Under the pieces are notes generated by a model. The model did no database searches and had not been told where the DNA came from. It worked only from the letters and a program-made list of their open reading frames with translations. Shown here piece after piece: positions 9,830 to 18,081 of a stretch of DNA of 64,000 nt. The translations under genes were made by a program, and so were the position numbers. The stretch is from a virus (lineage: Duplodnaviria; Heunggongvirae; Uroviricota; Caudoviricetes). Where the stretch lies: IMG/VR virus record IMGVR_UViG_3300034156_000107; one strand, 5' to 3'. Numbering within the stretch: position 1 is the stretch's first letter; every line of letters begins with the position of its first letter.

Positions 9830-9860
9830 GCTTTACACAAAACCCGATTTTCGCTATACT
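9830..9860 (+). promoter_or_regulatory. cassette promoter GCTTTACA-N17-TATACT (copy 1)
   Basis: gctttacacaaaacccgattttcgcTATACT is followed by the conserved leader acacaaacag. Confidence 0.55.
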
Positions 9861-9894
9861 CATCCTACACAAACAGAAACAACGGAGAAACACC

Positions 9895-10035
9895 ATGACA
9901 CAAGTAGCACTGACCAAAGAACAAGAAATCGAACAAGCCTACGCTCAACTGCAGGCTCAGGAACGCCAAGCCAAAGAAGCGGCTTGGAAGCAAGCAGACA
10001 AAGAGCTGGAACATCAGAAACCATCGTCGGTTTAA
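9895..10035 (+). CDS. small charged helical peptide, cassette copy 1 (46 aa)
   Basis: MTQVALTKEQEIEQAYAQLQAQERQAKEAAWKQ.... The track ORF 9819-10040 is in the wrong frame and reads through the leader. Confidence 0.55.
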   Translation: MTQVALTKEQEIEQAYAQLQAQERQAKEAAWKQADKELEHQKPSSV

Positions 10036-10052
10036 ACTGACCACAAAATAAA

Positions 10053-10076
10053 AGCGGCCTCCGGGTCGCTTTTTTC
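10053..10076 (+). terminator. intrinsic terminator
   Basis: gcggcc-tccg-ggtcgc followed by TTTTTT. Confidence 0.6.
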
Positions 10077-10134
10077 ATTTCTTTATTTATTTATTTTTTT
10101 TGATATAATGAATTTAATTAACATTCAAGTATAT

Positions 10135-10953
10135 ATGAAAATAGTTCATAATAAAAATACAAAAGTTACAGAAAACGTTGATAAAATAACATATGAACAT
10201 GAACTCACGACATTGGAAAAATATGTAGAAATAACATCAGAACTTTCATCGGTTGAGAATAAAGCAGAATTAGTGACTTCTTGGCTTGTGCTTTCATCTG
10301 CTATTTTAGGGGCATTTGTTTTTCTTAATATATTTTTGGCTTTTATTTATCACAGTGATTCTGTAATATTGGATACATCTCTCTTATTTTATGGTTGTCT
10401 ATGTGTTTTGGCCTTCACAGCTAAAGATTCCTTATACTTGTTATTAGTTTTAAATATTACAAAGTCAAACTTTACGATGCGAGATAAATTGAATAAGATT
10501 GAACAACATCACCTTGTATCTGGTCGATATTTGATGTTGACCAAATGTATTATTGTTATTTTAAGTGTCTTATTGTTATTTAGTTTTGCGGCTTATTTTA
10601 CATCTTATCTTCCGCATCCATTTTTAACTTCTTTATTTATTTACTTGTCATTACTTACTGCTATTAATATTGTTAGAAAGAATATCCATTTTGTTTTTCA
10701 TATTTCTTTTGCTATTCTTACAGCTTTATTATGTGTATATAACCTTTTTGTATTGGCTGATGTAAGGAATGAAAGATATGATGAAGAAAATCAATACAAT
10801 GAATCTCAACCTCAATCTGATATAGAAAGCGATAGTGATGATAGTGCTGACAGTATTCGAGAATTTATTGACAGTGGTATGTATGAAATGATGCAAGAAC
10901 AAGAACGTAGAAATGACTTAGTATATAAACCTGAGCCGTTACCAACAAAATAA
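10135..10953 (+). CDS. multi-pass membrane protein with acidic C-terminal tail
   Basis: The -10 gatataat overlaps the track start at 10108, so the start was moved to the in-frame ATG at 10135. Four hydrophobic segments. Confidence 0.7.
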   Translation: MKIVHNKNTKVTENVDKITYEHELTTLEKYVEITSELSSVENKAELVTSWLVLSSAILGAFVFLNIFLAFIYHSDSVILDTSLLFYGCLCVLAFTAKDSLYLLLVLNITKSNFTMRDKLNKIEQHHLVSGRYLMLTKCIIVILSVLLLFSFAAYFTSYLPHPFLTSLFIYLSLLTAINIVRKNIHFVFHISFAILTALLCVYNLFVLADVRNERYDEENQYNESQPQSDIESDSDDSADSIREFIDSGMYEMMQEQERRNDLVYKPEPLPTK

Positions 10954-10993
10954 AAGATCGATATATTCAAAAGTCCATAAAAAAAGAAGCCTC

Positions 10994-11017
10994 ACCGGGC
11001 TTTTTTCTTTTATATAT
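10994..11017 (+). terminator. intrinsic terminator
   Basis: aagcctcaccgggctt followed by TTTTTT. Confidence 0.6.
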
Positions 11018-11053
11018 TTTGCTATAATATAATTAATTAACATTCAATTATAT

Positions 11054-11830
11054 ATGAAAATTCGCAATGAAAATATCATCAATAAACTCAAAAAAAGTCA
11101 ACACAAACCGCATCAAGAAGCAATACATGATGAAATAAAATTAAAAAAATATGAAGAATTAAAAGCTGATTTATGTCCTATGGAAGACATATCAGACATG
11201 ATTTACACTTGGTTTTTGGTTTCATTTAGCATTATAGGTGTTATTATCTTTTTAGATGTTTTCTTATCTTTTTTTAGTGACAGAACAGAATTTAATATTG
11301 ATTTTTCAACAATGCCCTATATTATTTCATCTATTTTCATTTTAGCCGCCAGTGTATTTTTTATGTTCTATTTGAATTCAAAAATAACACAATCTGATTT
11401 AACGCTTGATGAAAAAATAGATAAACTTGAAAATAACAAACTTGTTTCTGGTTTAAATTTGACGTTTGTTAAAGTCATGATATTTAATTTGTTTATTTTA
11501 TTGTTATTTAGTTTTTATTGCTATTTTGATTCTGAAATCAAAAATCCTTTTGGAAATTCTTTTATTATTTATTTATTGCTTATGATATTTGTCAATATCG
11601 TTAAAAAGAATGTTTCTTTTTTCTATCACATTATTTTTGCGATTATAAGTTTCATATTGTATATTTTTAATTACATTGCATTTGGTGACCTATCTTATTC
11701 GGAAGACTACAACGAAGATGACACTCATCAAACTCAAGCGGTTGATCCTGATGAAAAGATTAATTTTGATGAATATAGAATTAACGAAGATGATGTTGAA
11801 CCCGATCAAAAACTGGAAAAACCAGAGTAA
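11054..11830 (+). CDS. multi-pass membrane protein, tandem paralogue of 10135..10953
   Basis: Same promoter/leader (tataat...attaacattcaa.tatatATGAAAAT). Similar TM layout and acidic tail. Confidence 0.7.
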   Translation: MKIRNENIINKLKKSQHKPHQEAIHDEIKLKKYEELKADLCPMEDISDMIYTWFLVSFSIIGVIIFLDVFLSFFSDRTEFNIDFSTMPYIISSIFILAASVFFMFYLNSKITQSDLTLDEKIDKLENNKLVSGLNLTFVKVMIFNLFILLLFSFYCYFDSEIKNPFGNSFIIYLLLMIFVNIVKKNVSFFYHIIFAIISFILYIFNYIAFGDLSYSEDYNEDDTHQTQAVDPDEKINFDEYRINEDDVEPDQKLEKPE

Positions 11831-11834
11831 ATAA

Positions 11835-11856
11835 AAAGACCTTCGGGTCTTTTTTC
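11835..11856 (+). terminator. intrinsic terminator
   Basis: aagaccttcgggtctt followed by TTTTT. Confidence 0.7.
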
Positions 11857-11909
11857 TTGCCTAAAACCTATGGATTTGGTATAATAGTCCTCTAATTCAG
11901 GAGATTGTT

Positions 11910-12644
11910 ATGATTATCGACCCAGTTGTTAAAAGTGATTATTCCGACAATCTGTTGAAAATGTCTTATACGTTTTCGATGGAAGGCCATTCATCAGTCA
12001 TTTCCTTGCGTGAAGGTGATTTGGTTGCCTTCATGCACAAATACACTCCAGAAATTGATGTGGAAGCTTTTAAAGCCTCATCAATCAAGCGAATGCTCAA
12101 CACCCAGCGTTACGACTTGCGGGTAAAAATTCGTTACATGCTCGATAAGGTGATGGAACCTGTTTTTTGTGTATCTCTTTACGACATGTCATTTTCTGAT
12201 AGTGATTTTTTCTCGATTGACGGATTTAAAGATTTCATAGAAGAAAACAAATTTCCAGAATTCTTTGAAATGGCTGAAAGCATCATTGACACCATTTACA
12301 AAGATGGTGCCCACTACATCACCCGCAACATTGATTTTAAAGACCGCTTCTGGTCGTTTGATACTGGTGCCGTTGTCGAGACTGAATATCACTCGTTTAC
12401 GTTGAAAGAAAAGGCCATTGAAGCGATTGCTGCTCACATTCGTCAAGATGTTGAATTGAATGGTGAATCAACCTTGGAGAAAGCTGAGAAATCCGCCCAA
12501 GTGGAATACATGCCCATGTCGTTTGATAGCTTTAAAATTCAGTGGCCGATGGATTTAGAGCTTTTAAAACAAAGTGATTTGAGTTATAATACACTCAGTA
12601 AATTTCTCCACAAATACAATCTGCCCAAAAAAATAGAGGTCTAA
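11910..12644 (+). CDS. hypothetical protein
   Basis: Promoter ttggtataat; 244 aa. Confidence 0.75.
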   Translation: MIIDPVVKSDYSDNLLKMSYTFSMEGHSSVISLREGDLVAFMHKYTPEIDVEAFKASSIKRMLNTQRYDLRVKIRYMLDKVMEPVFCVSLYDMSFSDSDFFSIDGFKDFIEENKFPEFFEMAESIIDTIYKDGAHYITRNIDFKDRFWSFDTGAVVETEYHSFTLKEKAIEAIAAHIRQDVELNGESTLEKAEKSAQVEYMPMSFDSFKIQWPMDLELLKQSDLSYNTLSKFLHKYNLPKKIEV

Positions 12645-12645
12645 C

Positions 12646-13386
12646 ATGCACATCAGTAAACAGCTTCAAGTTCCTTATGTAGTCGAGATTGCCTCGCTTT
12701 GCTATTCGATTACATTGAACAACCGTTCTGTTGTGGTGCTGAAAGGTGCTGACCTTATCAACTTCATGGAAATTCATGTTCCAGAAATTGACATGGAACC
12801 TTATGCTGCTTTTGCGACTGAATACCTTAAACGCCGTCAATCTAGCGACCTTCACAGTGCGTTGCGTTATGCAATTAACCCAATAACCGAAGAACATTTC
12901 TATTCGGCATTGTATGACCTGTCTTTTGACATGTCGGAACACAGCAGTGATGGGCCACGTTTTGTTGAGTTCAAAGAACAGAGCATGGATAGCTTCTTGG
13001 GAGCCGTATCTGGCCTTTACGAGAGTGTAAAGAACCAATCGAAACCGTGTTTCAAGCCTGTTGAGCCTGTTTCTGGTGCGGTGGGTGGTAAATGGTCTTT
13101 TGACAATGGCACCATGACACTGGCTGATGATGAATTGGTGATGACGCTGACTGAACAGACCGTCCGGCAGATGGCCGAGCATTTTAAGCGTGACTTCGTT
13201 GTGAATGGTCAAGAGAACTTGAAATCGTTTGAAAATGGCATCATTAATCGTCATGAATATATTTCTTTGGAATATTTTCTTGAACATTTTGAACAAGATG
13301 TTGAAAAATTCAAAGCTGATGGCATGACCTTTGAAGGCTTTGTTGAATTGATGACCAGCTATAAAATTTGCGATAAATATGAATAA
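12646..13386 (+). CDS. hypothetical protein, tandem paralogue of 11910..12644
   Basis: Start 2 nt after the previous stop. Shared motifs such as PEIDxE and a similar length. Confidence 0.75.
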   Translation: MHISKQLQVPYVVEIASLCYSITLNNRSVVVLKGADLINFMEIHVPEIDMEPYAAFATEYLKRRQSSDLHSALRYAINPITEEHFYSALYDLSFDMSEHSSDGPRFVEFKEQSMDSFLGAVSGLYESVKNQSKPCFKPVEPVSGAVGGKWSFDNGTMTLADDELVMTLTEQTVRQMAEHFKRDFVVNGQENLKSFENGIINRHEYISLEYFLEHFEQDVEKFKADGMTFEGFVELMTSYKICDKYE

Positions 13387-13389
13387 ATA

Positions 13390-13420
13390 GCTTTACACAA
13401 AACTTGTTTTTAGCTATAAT
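13390..13420 (+). promoter_or_regulatory. cassette promoter GCTTTACA-N17-TATAAT (copy 2)
   Basis: gctttacacaaaacttgtttttagcTATAAT. Confidence 0.55.
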
Positions 13421-13454
13421 AACCCTACACAAACAGCAATATCGGAGAGACACC

Positions 13455-13589
13455 ATGACCCAAGTAGTATTGACCAAAGAGCAAGAAATCGAACAAGCCT
13501 ACGCTCAACTGCAGGCTCAGGAAAAACAAGCCAAAGAAGCTGCTTGGAAACAAGCGGAATCCGACCAAAACAAAGGCAAAGATCTGTAA
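13455..13589 (+). CDS. small charged helical peptide, cassette copy 2 (44 aa)
   Basis: MTQVVLTKEQEIEQAYAQLQAQEKQAKEAAWKQAESDQNKGKDL. The track ORF 13404 carries an N-terminal extension running through the leader. Confidence 0.6.
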   Translation: MTQVVLTKEQEIEQAYAQLQAQEKQAKEAAWKQAESDQNKGKDL

Positions 13590-13609
13590 TCAGGTCTAGC
13601 CCACAAACT

Positions 13610-13635
13610 AAAAGCCCTTTCGAGGGCTTTTTTCG
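13610..13635 (+). terminator. intrinsic terminator
   Basis: aaagccctttcgagggcttt followed by TTTT. The hairpin is identical to the one at 16312. Confidence 0.75.
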
Positions 13636-13714
13636 TTTCCGATATTGATTAAAACTACCATGTTTTGATATGATATGCTATAATTGATATTCATTGAAAG
13701 AGAGTGATTAAAAG

Positions 13715-13987
13715 ATGACCACAAAAAAGACATTTATTGTTGTAGACAATGATGAGCATTTGGATGATTTTGACCATCATGCTCTCAATTTCAACCATGA
13801 GCGTGATGTCGATAAGGTTGCTGGGGTGATTTTGCGGGATACTCGTAAAGCTCTTGGTTATCTGCCTGTCTTCTATTATGACCGTGAAGGTTATATTACA
13901 GGTTTTGAAGGTTGGGGCGGTGATGAAGGCGAAGTGGCTGTTGTTCCTGATGACGTTGATTTGTCTGAAACCTTTGTGACACTTTAA
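13715..13987 (+). CDS. hypothetical acidic protein
   Basis: Promoter gctataat; 90 aa. Confidence 0.65.
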   Translation: MTTKKTFIVVDNDEHLDDFDHHALNFNHERDVDKVAGVILRDTRKALGYLPVFYYDREGYITGFEGWGGDEGEVAVVPDDVDLSETFVTL

Positions 13988-13996
13988 GGTTTAAAT

Positions 13997-14332
13997 ATGA
14001 CGAAGTATCGTTACAGTGCCCGAGCTGGTCAAGAACATGGTCAGGGTGGTCTTGTGGTCAAACTTTATACTGATGAACCCAATACAGAACCTGTTATCAC
14101 TGTAAAAGCGTTTGTCACTCAGCTTGAACAAAAAGATGTCATACCTATTTTAGAGCTGACACTAAGCGTTTTACGTGTTCCTGATGATTCTCATTATTCG
14201 GTTATGCATCAAGAAGCTGTAAGACTTGCGGAGTCTATTGAAAAAGAATTTAAAGCAGGAAAACATAATCCCACTTCGCTTATTCTTTTAGTCCATCAGT
14301 CATTAGTTAATGGCATAGCTGGAGCTATTTAA
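13997..14332 (+). CDS. hypothetical protein
   Basis: 111 aa ORF 9 nt after the previous stop. Confidence 0.65.
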   Translation: MTKYRYSARAGQEHGQGGLVVKLYTDEPNTEPVITVKAFVTQLEQKDVIPILELTLSVLRVPDDSHYSVMHQEAVRLAESIEKEFKAGKHNPTSLILLVHQSLVNGIAGAI

Positions 14333-14394
14333 TTTTCATTGATTTTTGTCTTTTTTCTTGGTATAATCCATTATCTTATTAAAGGTAACGACTT

Positions 14395-14832
14395 ATGCCT
14401 AATCCAGAATTGCGGTTCACCGGCTTTAAAGACCCTACCGGGCTTGATATTTTTGAAGGTGACTACCTTGTCATTAAACTCAGTGATCTATCCACAGAAC
14501 AGATTGAAAAACGTCAACTTGATAAGTTGATGGAACAGTATGACATTCAATACATGCAGGCGTATATTAAGCCTACTGGTCAACTTCGTTATGATATTGA
14601 AATTACCTTTGTTGATTCAAATCATCAAGCCTTGACTGACGTGAAGTATTATTTCTCTCTGGAGAAAAGTGGCATGACCGAAGAAGAGTTTTTTGCTGAT
14701 TATGGCAAATCGTCTTCTCTTGATGAAGTCTACACTGTTTTGGTTATGGCACAATTTCAAATGTTTAAAGGCATTATCAAAGACAACCTTTGGTTTAAAG
14801 TTCCCGCACTGCATGTCATGGAGTCAAAATAA
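14395..14832 (+). CDS. hypothetical protein
   Basis: Promoter cttggtataat; 145 aa. Confidence 0.7.
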   Translation: MPNPELRFTGFKDPTGLDIFEGDYLVIKLSDLSTEQIEKRQLDKLMEQYDIQYMQAYIKPTGQLRYDIEITFVDSNHQALTDVKYYFSLEKSGMTEEEFFADYGKSSSLDEVYTVLVMAQFQMFKGIIKDNLWFKVPALHVMESK

Positions 14833-15296
14833 TGATTGAATCAGGTTTGTTCGACAACAATCAACATCCTATTTGTCAGGGACAGCACTTTCTGTTCACT
14901 ATTCCTGATGAAGTCTTGAATAGCAATTTCAGCACGTTTTATGGAAGCCATCTTGGTCAACACATGCAGAAAATCGCTGTTCGCCATTACCTTATCTATG
15001 TTATTCCAACGGAATTTTTATCTGTTCGTTTGATGACTTGCTTACTGAAAGATGATATGACGCCTGTTACCATTGCCGAAGATGAGAAAGCCTTTGAGCG
15101 TGACGCGGCCTATTATGCTCATGATGGCATTGATATTGATACTGTTGATAAAAATGAAGTGTGTGTTTCGTATGCCGAAGATGCGTTCACTTTTGTGCGT
15201 TATCTTGTAGCAAAAGGATGGCTAACTTATGAACCTAATCCAGCGGTTGACCTGTCAAAAATTAAAGTCGGATACAAGCATTTTTATTCAGCATAA
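14832..15296 (+). CDS. hypothetical protein
   Basis: Stop and start codons overlap (taATGa); 154 aa. Confidence 0.7.
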   Translation: MIESGLFDNNQHPICQGQHFLFTIPDEVLNSNFSTFYGSHLGQHMQKIAVRHYLIYVIPTEFLSVRLMTCLLKDDMTPVTIAEDEKAFERDAAYYAHDGIDIDTVDKNEVCVSYAEDAFTFVRYLVAKGWLTYEPNPAVDLSKIKVGYKHFYSA

Positions 15297-15314
15297 TTAT
15301 AGGAGTTAATTTTA

Positions 15315-15569
15315 ATGCAACTTAGATATTTACAAACTTATACAGAAGGCTGTAATAGTATTGAGCATGTTTTGGTTGCTCTTGACAAAATCATTCAGAC
15401 AGAACCTGTGTTTCAAGAGAAAATTAACGCTTCTGTTAACAGGCCATTACGAATTAAACCTTTGCTACAAGTCACGCTGGTTGATGGTTCAAAACATTTT
15501 GTTTCTTCTAAGGAATTGTTAAGTTTGGTCAAGTTTGAACCTGTCAGCTTTCTTAAAGATGATGAATAG
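15315..15569 (+). CDS. hypothetical protein
   Basis: RBS ataggag; 84 aa. Confidence 0.6.
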   Translation: MQLRYLQTYTEGCNSIEHVLVALDKIIQTEPVFQEKINASVNRPLRIKPLLQVTLVDGSKHFVSSKELLSLVKFEPVSFLKDDE

Positions 15570-15663
15570 CTATTAAGACACTCAATGCTTGCTTAAAAAG
15601 CATTTTTTTGATAGAATATCCCCATCGAATGAAATAAATAACATATTCAATAGGTGATAAGCA

Positions 15664-16086
15664 ATGGAAGTTCGACTTCAAGAAAATATTGAATTTAGCA
15701 CTGCTGCTGATTTCAATAAGGTGTTGACTAACTTTGAAACCTTGGCGGGCATGTTGGGTAAACGCATGGCACCAACGACGCTTTTCATGATTCCATTTTA
15801 CTCCATAAATGATGAAATTATTTTCGCCACTACCATTATGGGGCAGCGTGAATATATCCGTCATCAGCGGGGCAATCGGAACTTCAAGAATAAAGAAGTG
15901 TTGGACTGTTATGCAATGGTTCATGACTTGCTGGAAAATGATTTGGATACCCTTATCAAAAACCTGTCTCAACCTGAATTAGTAGCTTATGCGTTGGACA
16001 TCAGCACTGACATGATTACTGGTGTGGTTAAGCTGCATAAAGATGGCGTGCCGTATGTGACAGTAACACGACAGTTTTTAGGTTAA
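15664..16086 (+). CDS. hypothetical protein
   Basis: Promoter gatagaat; 140 aa. Confidence 0.7.
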   Translation: MEVRLQENIEFSTAADFNKVLTNFETLAGMLGKRMAPTTLFMIPFYSINDEIIFATTIMGQREYIRHQRGNRNFKNKEVLDCYAMVHDLLENDLDTLIKNLSQPELVAYALDISTDMITGVVKLHKDGVPYVTVTRQFLG

Positions 16087-16092
16087 AAAAAG

Positions 16093-16132
16093 CTTTACAG
16101 ATAATCCACTTTTAGATATAATAACCCCACAC
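16093..16132 (+). promoter_or_regulatory. cassette promoter GCTTTACA...TATAAT (copy 3)
   Basis: gctttacagataatccacttttagaTATAAT followed by the leader cacacaaacagcaatatcggaga. Confidence 0.5.
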
Positions 16133-16156
16133 AAACAGCAATATCGGAGAAACACC

Positions 16157-16291
16157 ATGACCCAAGCAACTATGACCAAAGAACAAGAAATCGACCAAGC
16201 CTACGCTCAGATGAAGGCTCAGGAACAAAAAGCCAAGAATGCCGCATGGGAACAAGCGGAATCCGCCCAGAACAAAGGCAAAGACATGTAA
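16157..16291 (+). CDS. small charged helical peptide, cassette copy 3 (44 aa)
   Basis: MTQATMTKEQEIDQAYAQMKAQEQKAKNAAWEQAESAQNKGKDM; below the ORF-track length cutoff. Confidence 0.55.
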   Translation: MTQATMTKEQEIDQAYAQMKAQEQKAKNAAWEQAESAQNKGKDM

Positions 16292-16311
16292 CTCGGTTCA
16301 GCCAACAAACA

Positions 16312-16337
16312 AAAAGCCCTTTCGAGGGCTTTTTTTA
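16312..16337 (+). terminator. intrinsic terminator
   Basis: aaagccctttcgagggct followed by TTTTTTT. Confidence 0.75.
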
Positions 16338-16407
16338 TGTCTTCATTTTTTATTTACAAAATTCATGTTTTCTGCTATAATCATATTTCTATTACAGGCG
16401 ACCCATT

Positions 16408-16611
16408 ATGACAACTAAAAAATCACTGCTTACAGAAAATCCTGAACTGGCAAAGGCTTTTGACTTGATTGCCAAAGAATGTCTGGATATTGAAACGTTG
16501 GAAACTCGCAACAGCGATTCTCTCGATTTTTATGATTGCTCTGTGTGGAGTATTCGTAATGCGTTGGCACAGGCTTATGCGTTAGGTCAAGCTGCAGGAA
16601 AAGCTAAATAA
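16408..16611 (+). CDS. hypothetical protein
   Basis: Promoter tgctataat; 67 aa. Confidence 0.6.
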   Translation: MTTKKSLLTENPELAKAFDLIAKECLDIETLETRNSDSLDFYDCSVWSIRNALAQAYALGQAAGKAK

Positions 16612-16702
16612 CCTGTAAAAAAAGTTGCTAATTGAGTCGTTTTTTGATATAATAGCTTCATTGAAAAGGCAATAAATACACTCGTTTAACAGAGGGTTCC
16701 TT

Positions 16703-16927
16703 ATGTGCAGTAAAACAGATGCTGATGGTTTTCTGCCTTGCCCATTTTGTGGTGGCACTGAAATTCACATGGAAACATGGAGCCGTCAACGAGGTGAGTG
16801 GCTGGGTAAAGTCACCAATGAATGCTGTGGTTACACGTTTATTGTGTTGAACGTGGTCGGTTCCACCAAGAAAGAAATGATTGAATTTTACAAAAGACAG
16901 TGGAATAAAAGACCAGAAAAAGCTTGA
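16703..16927 (+). CDS. Lar-family-like restriction-alleviation zinc-finger protein (candidate)
   Basis: LPCPFCGG...CCGY zinc knuckle and a C-terminal ...EFYKRQWNKRP resembling the Lar consensus CPFCG...AIEAWNRR. Own promoter gatataat and RBS agagggt. Confidence 0.5.
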   Translation: MCSKTDADGFLPCPFCGGTEIHMETWSRQRGEWLGKVTNECCGYTFIVLNVVGSTKKEMIEFYKRQWNKRPEKA

Positions 16928-16952
16928 TTTGTTGAGATGGATTTGGTAGAAT
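16925..16952 (+). promoter_or_regulatory. promoter (TTGATT-N16-TGGTAGAAT) driving the ncRNA locus
   Basis: ttgatttgttgagatggatTTGGTAGAAT sits directly upstream of about 480 nt with no ORF. Confidence 0.45.
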
Positions 16953-17253
16953 AGCCACATTGAAACAGAGTAAAGAATTCGGAGCCTGCGTAAAAGTGGG
17001 TTGGGTGGCAGCGGTGTCGCGGGCAAGCCACTAACGAGACATGAGAGAAATCTCTGTCTCACGGTAGAGAGGGGAATTAAAGTGTGGTTTGCTTTGATTA
17101 AAACGGCTGGGTGAGTCGGCTCCTTTCTGCTAACCTGATTAAATGTTACACACTAGTAGAGTGAAGAATTATGGCCCAAGAGGTTATGATTAAAACAGAT
17201 GGGTGATCTGGCTTCCTTTGCTAAACCAAATTTAAAAGTTCATACAGTAGTAG

Positions 17254-17399
17254 CTCAATGGATGTTTAAAGTAGGCCGCGACTTGCAAGGAGATTCTAGA
17301 CTCTTTTCTTGACGGTTTGGCCGATGATAAACTAGCTTTTCGACAAGCAGAGCGTGCCCACAAGGCAAGGCGTTGGTTCGATTCCAGCCTATTGTACCA
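17254..17399 (+). ncRNA. tRNA-like element with encoded CCA and a large internal insertion/degenerate anticodon arm
   Basis: 5' ACAGTAG pairs with 3' CTATTGT (6 WC pairs + 1 GU). T-arm is GTTGG-TTCGATT-CCAGC. Discriminator A, then CCA at 17397-17399. The 5' side has the D-like motif TAGCTCAATGG. About 75 extra nt sit between the D and T regions. Confidence 0.4.
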
Positions 17400-17408
17400 A
17401 CAACCGAA

Positions 17409-17441
17409 AACAACTTGTTGAAAGACAGGTTGTTTTTTTTT
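17409..17441 (+). terminator. intrinsic terminator
   Basis: caacttgttg-aaaga-caggttg followed by TTTTTTTTT. Confidence 0.65.
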
Positions 17442-17541
17442 GCCTAAAATATTTGAATAATCAGAAATTACTTCAAAAAACACTTTCTTTGATTGTTCAT
17501 ATTTGTTATAATAGACCTTCAATATTTGGAGATACCCGAAA

Positions 17542-17739
17542 ATGATGACTAATACGACTTCTCAAATCAAAGTGGTTAAAAACGAAGGTGACTTCAAGCG
17601 GGCAATGGATGCTGGCTTTGCCATCAACCTGTTCGAATGTTCGGAAACAGAAATGTGGCTTGTCTTGCCAATGGAAAAAGCTGACATGAAAATGCACGCT
17701 AAACATCACGGCTTCACTCCAGTCGCTGTTACTCAATAA
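17542..17739 (+). CDS. hypothetical protein
   Basis: Promoter tgttataat and RBS ggaga; 65 aa. Confidence 0.65.
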   Translation: MMTNTTSQIKVVKNEGDFKRAMDAGFAINLFECSETEMWLVLPMEKADMKMHAKHHGFTPVAVTQ

Positions 17740-17764
17740 TTTAACAACACAAGGATATAAGCAA

Positions 17765-17974
17765 ATGGTTGATATTTTGAGCTTGGCCGAAAAGAAAATT
17801 TGCATTTGTGGCAAATGCAAGGCTACTTTGTCTTTCTCGCCGGATGACGTGACTTCTTTTGTTGAACGAAAATACATTGGACAGGCCCAAAAAAAATACT
17901 TCCTGATGTGCCCGAACTGTAATCACAAGATTGTTTCCGCACTGTCGTGGTTTCCTCCTGAATTTTGTGAATAA
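17765..17974 (+). CDS. zinc-ribbon protein
   Basis: CICGKC...CPNCNH four-Cys motif; RBS aaggat. Confidence 0.6.
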   Translation: MVDILSLAEKKICICGKCKATLSFSPDDVTSFVERKYIGQAQKKYFLMCPNCNHKIVSALSWFPPEFCE

Positions 17975-18081
17975 TCGTTAGTAAGAATCGTCCTTTGGGC
18001 GATTTTTATTTTCAATTAATCTTGTTTTTAATCATTTTTTTTGTTATAATTACGTCACTTCATTAAACAGAGAGTAATATT

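Larger units (their letters stand above)
16960..17441 (+). ncRNA. structured non-coding RNA locus (about 480 nt, promoter to terminator, no credible ORF)
   Basis: No + strand ORF. A 10-bp hairpin with GAAA tetraloop lies at 17039-17063. Two roughly 40-nt direct repeats (GATTAAAACrGmTGGGTGAkyyGGCTyCCTTTsCTAAmCC) start near 17091 and 17184. The 3' end is tRNA-like, and the terminator is at 17409-17441. Confidence 0.5.

Noticed and set aside
9819-10040. Track ORF 9819..10040 (73 aa) and the N-terminal extensions of ORFs 13404 and 25308
   Set aside because: These frames run through the promoter -10 and conserved leader. The conserved small peptide is in a different frame (9895..10035) or starts at an internal ATG.
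14339-14530. ORF 14339..14530 and other small overlapping + strand ORFs (1248..1583, 1686..1970, 2745..3209, 18122..18334, 22205..22483, 22579..22776, 26808..27029, 27327..27524, 34051..34338, 52475..52660, 53051..53431, 57676..57963, 59501..59704, 59851..60045)
   Set aside because: These are alternative frames inside larger, well-supported genes, or they span promoter elements. They have no independent signals.
16960-17441. tmRNA call for the ncRNA locus
   Set aside because: The length and tRNA-like 3' end with CCA are suggestive. However, I could not find a G-rich 5' acceptor partner in the right place, nor a tag reading frame ending in a typical ...AA-stop. It is kept as a generic structured ncRNA.
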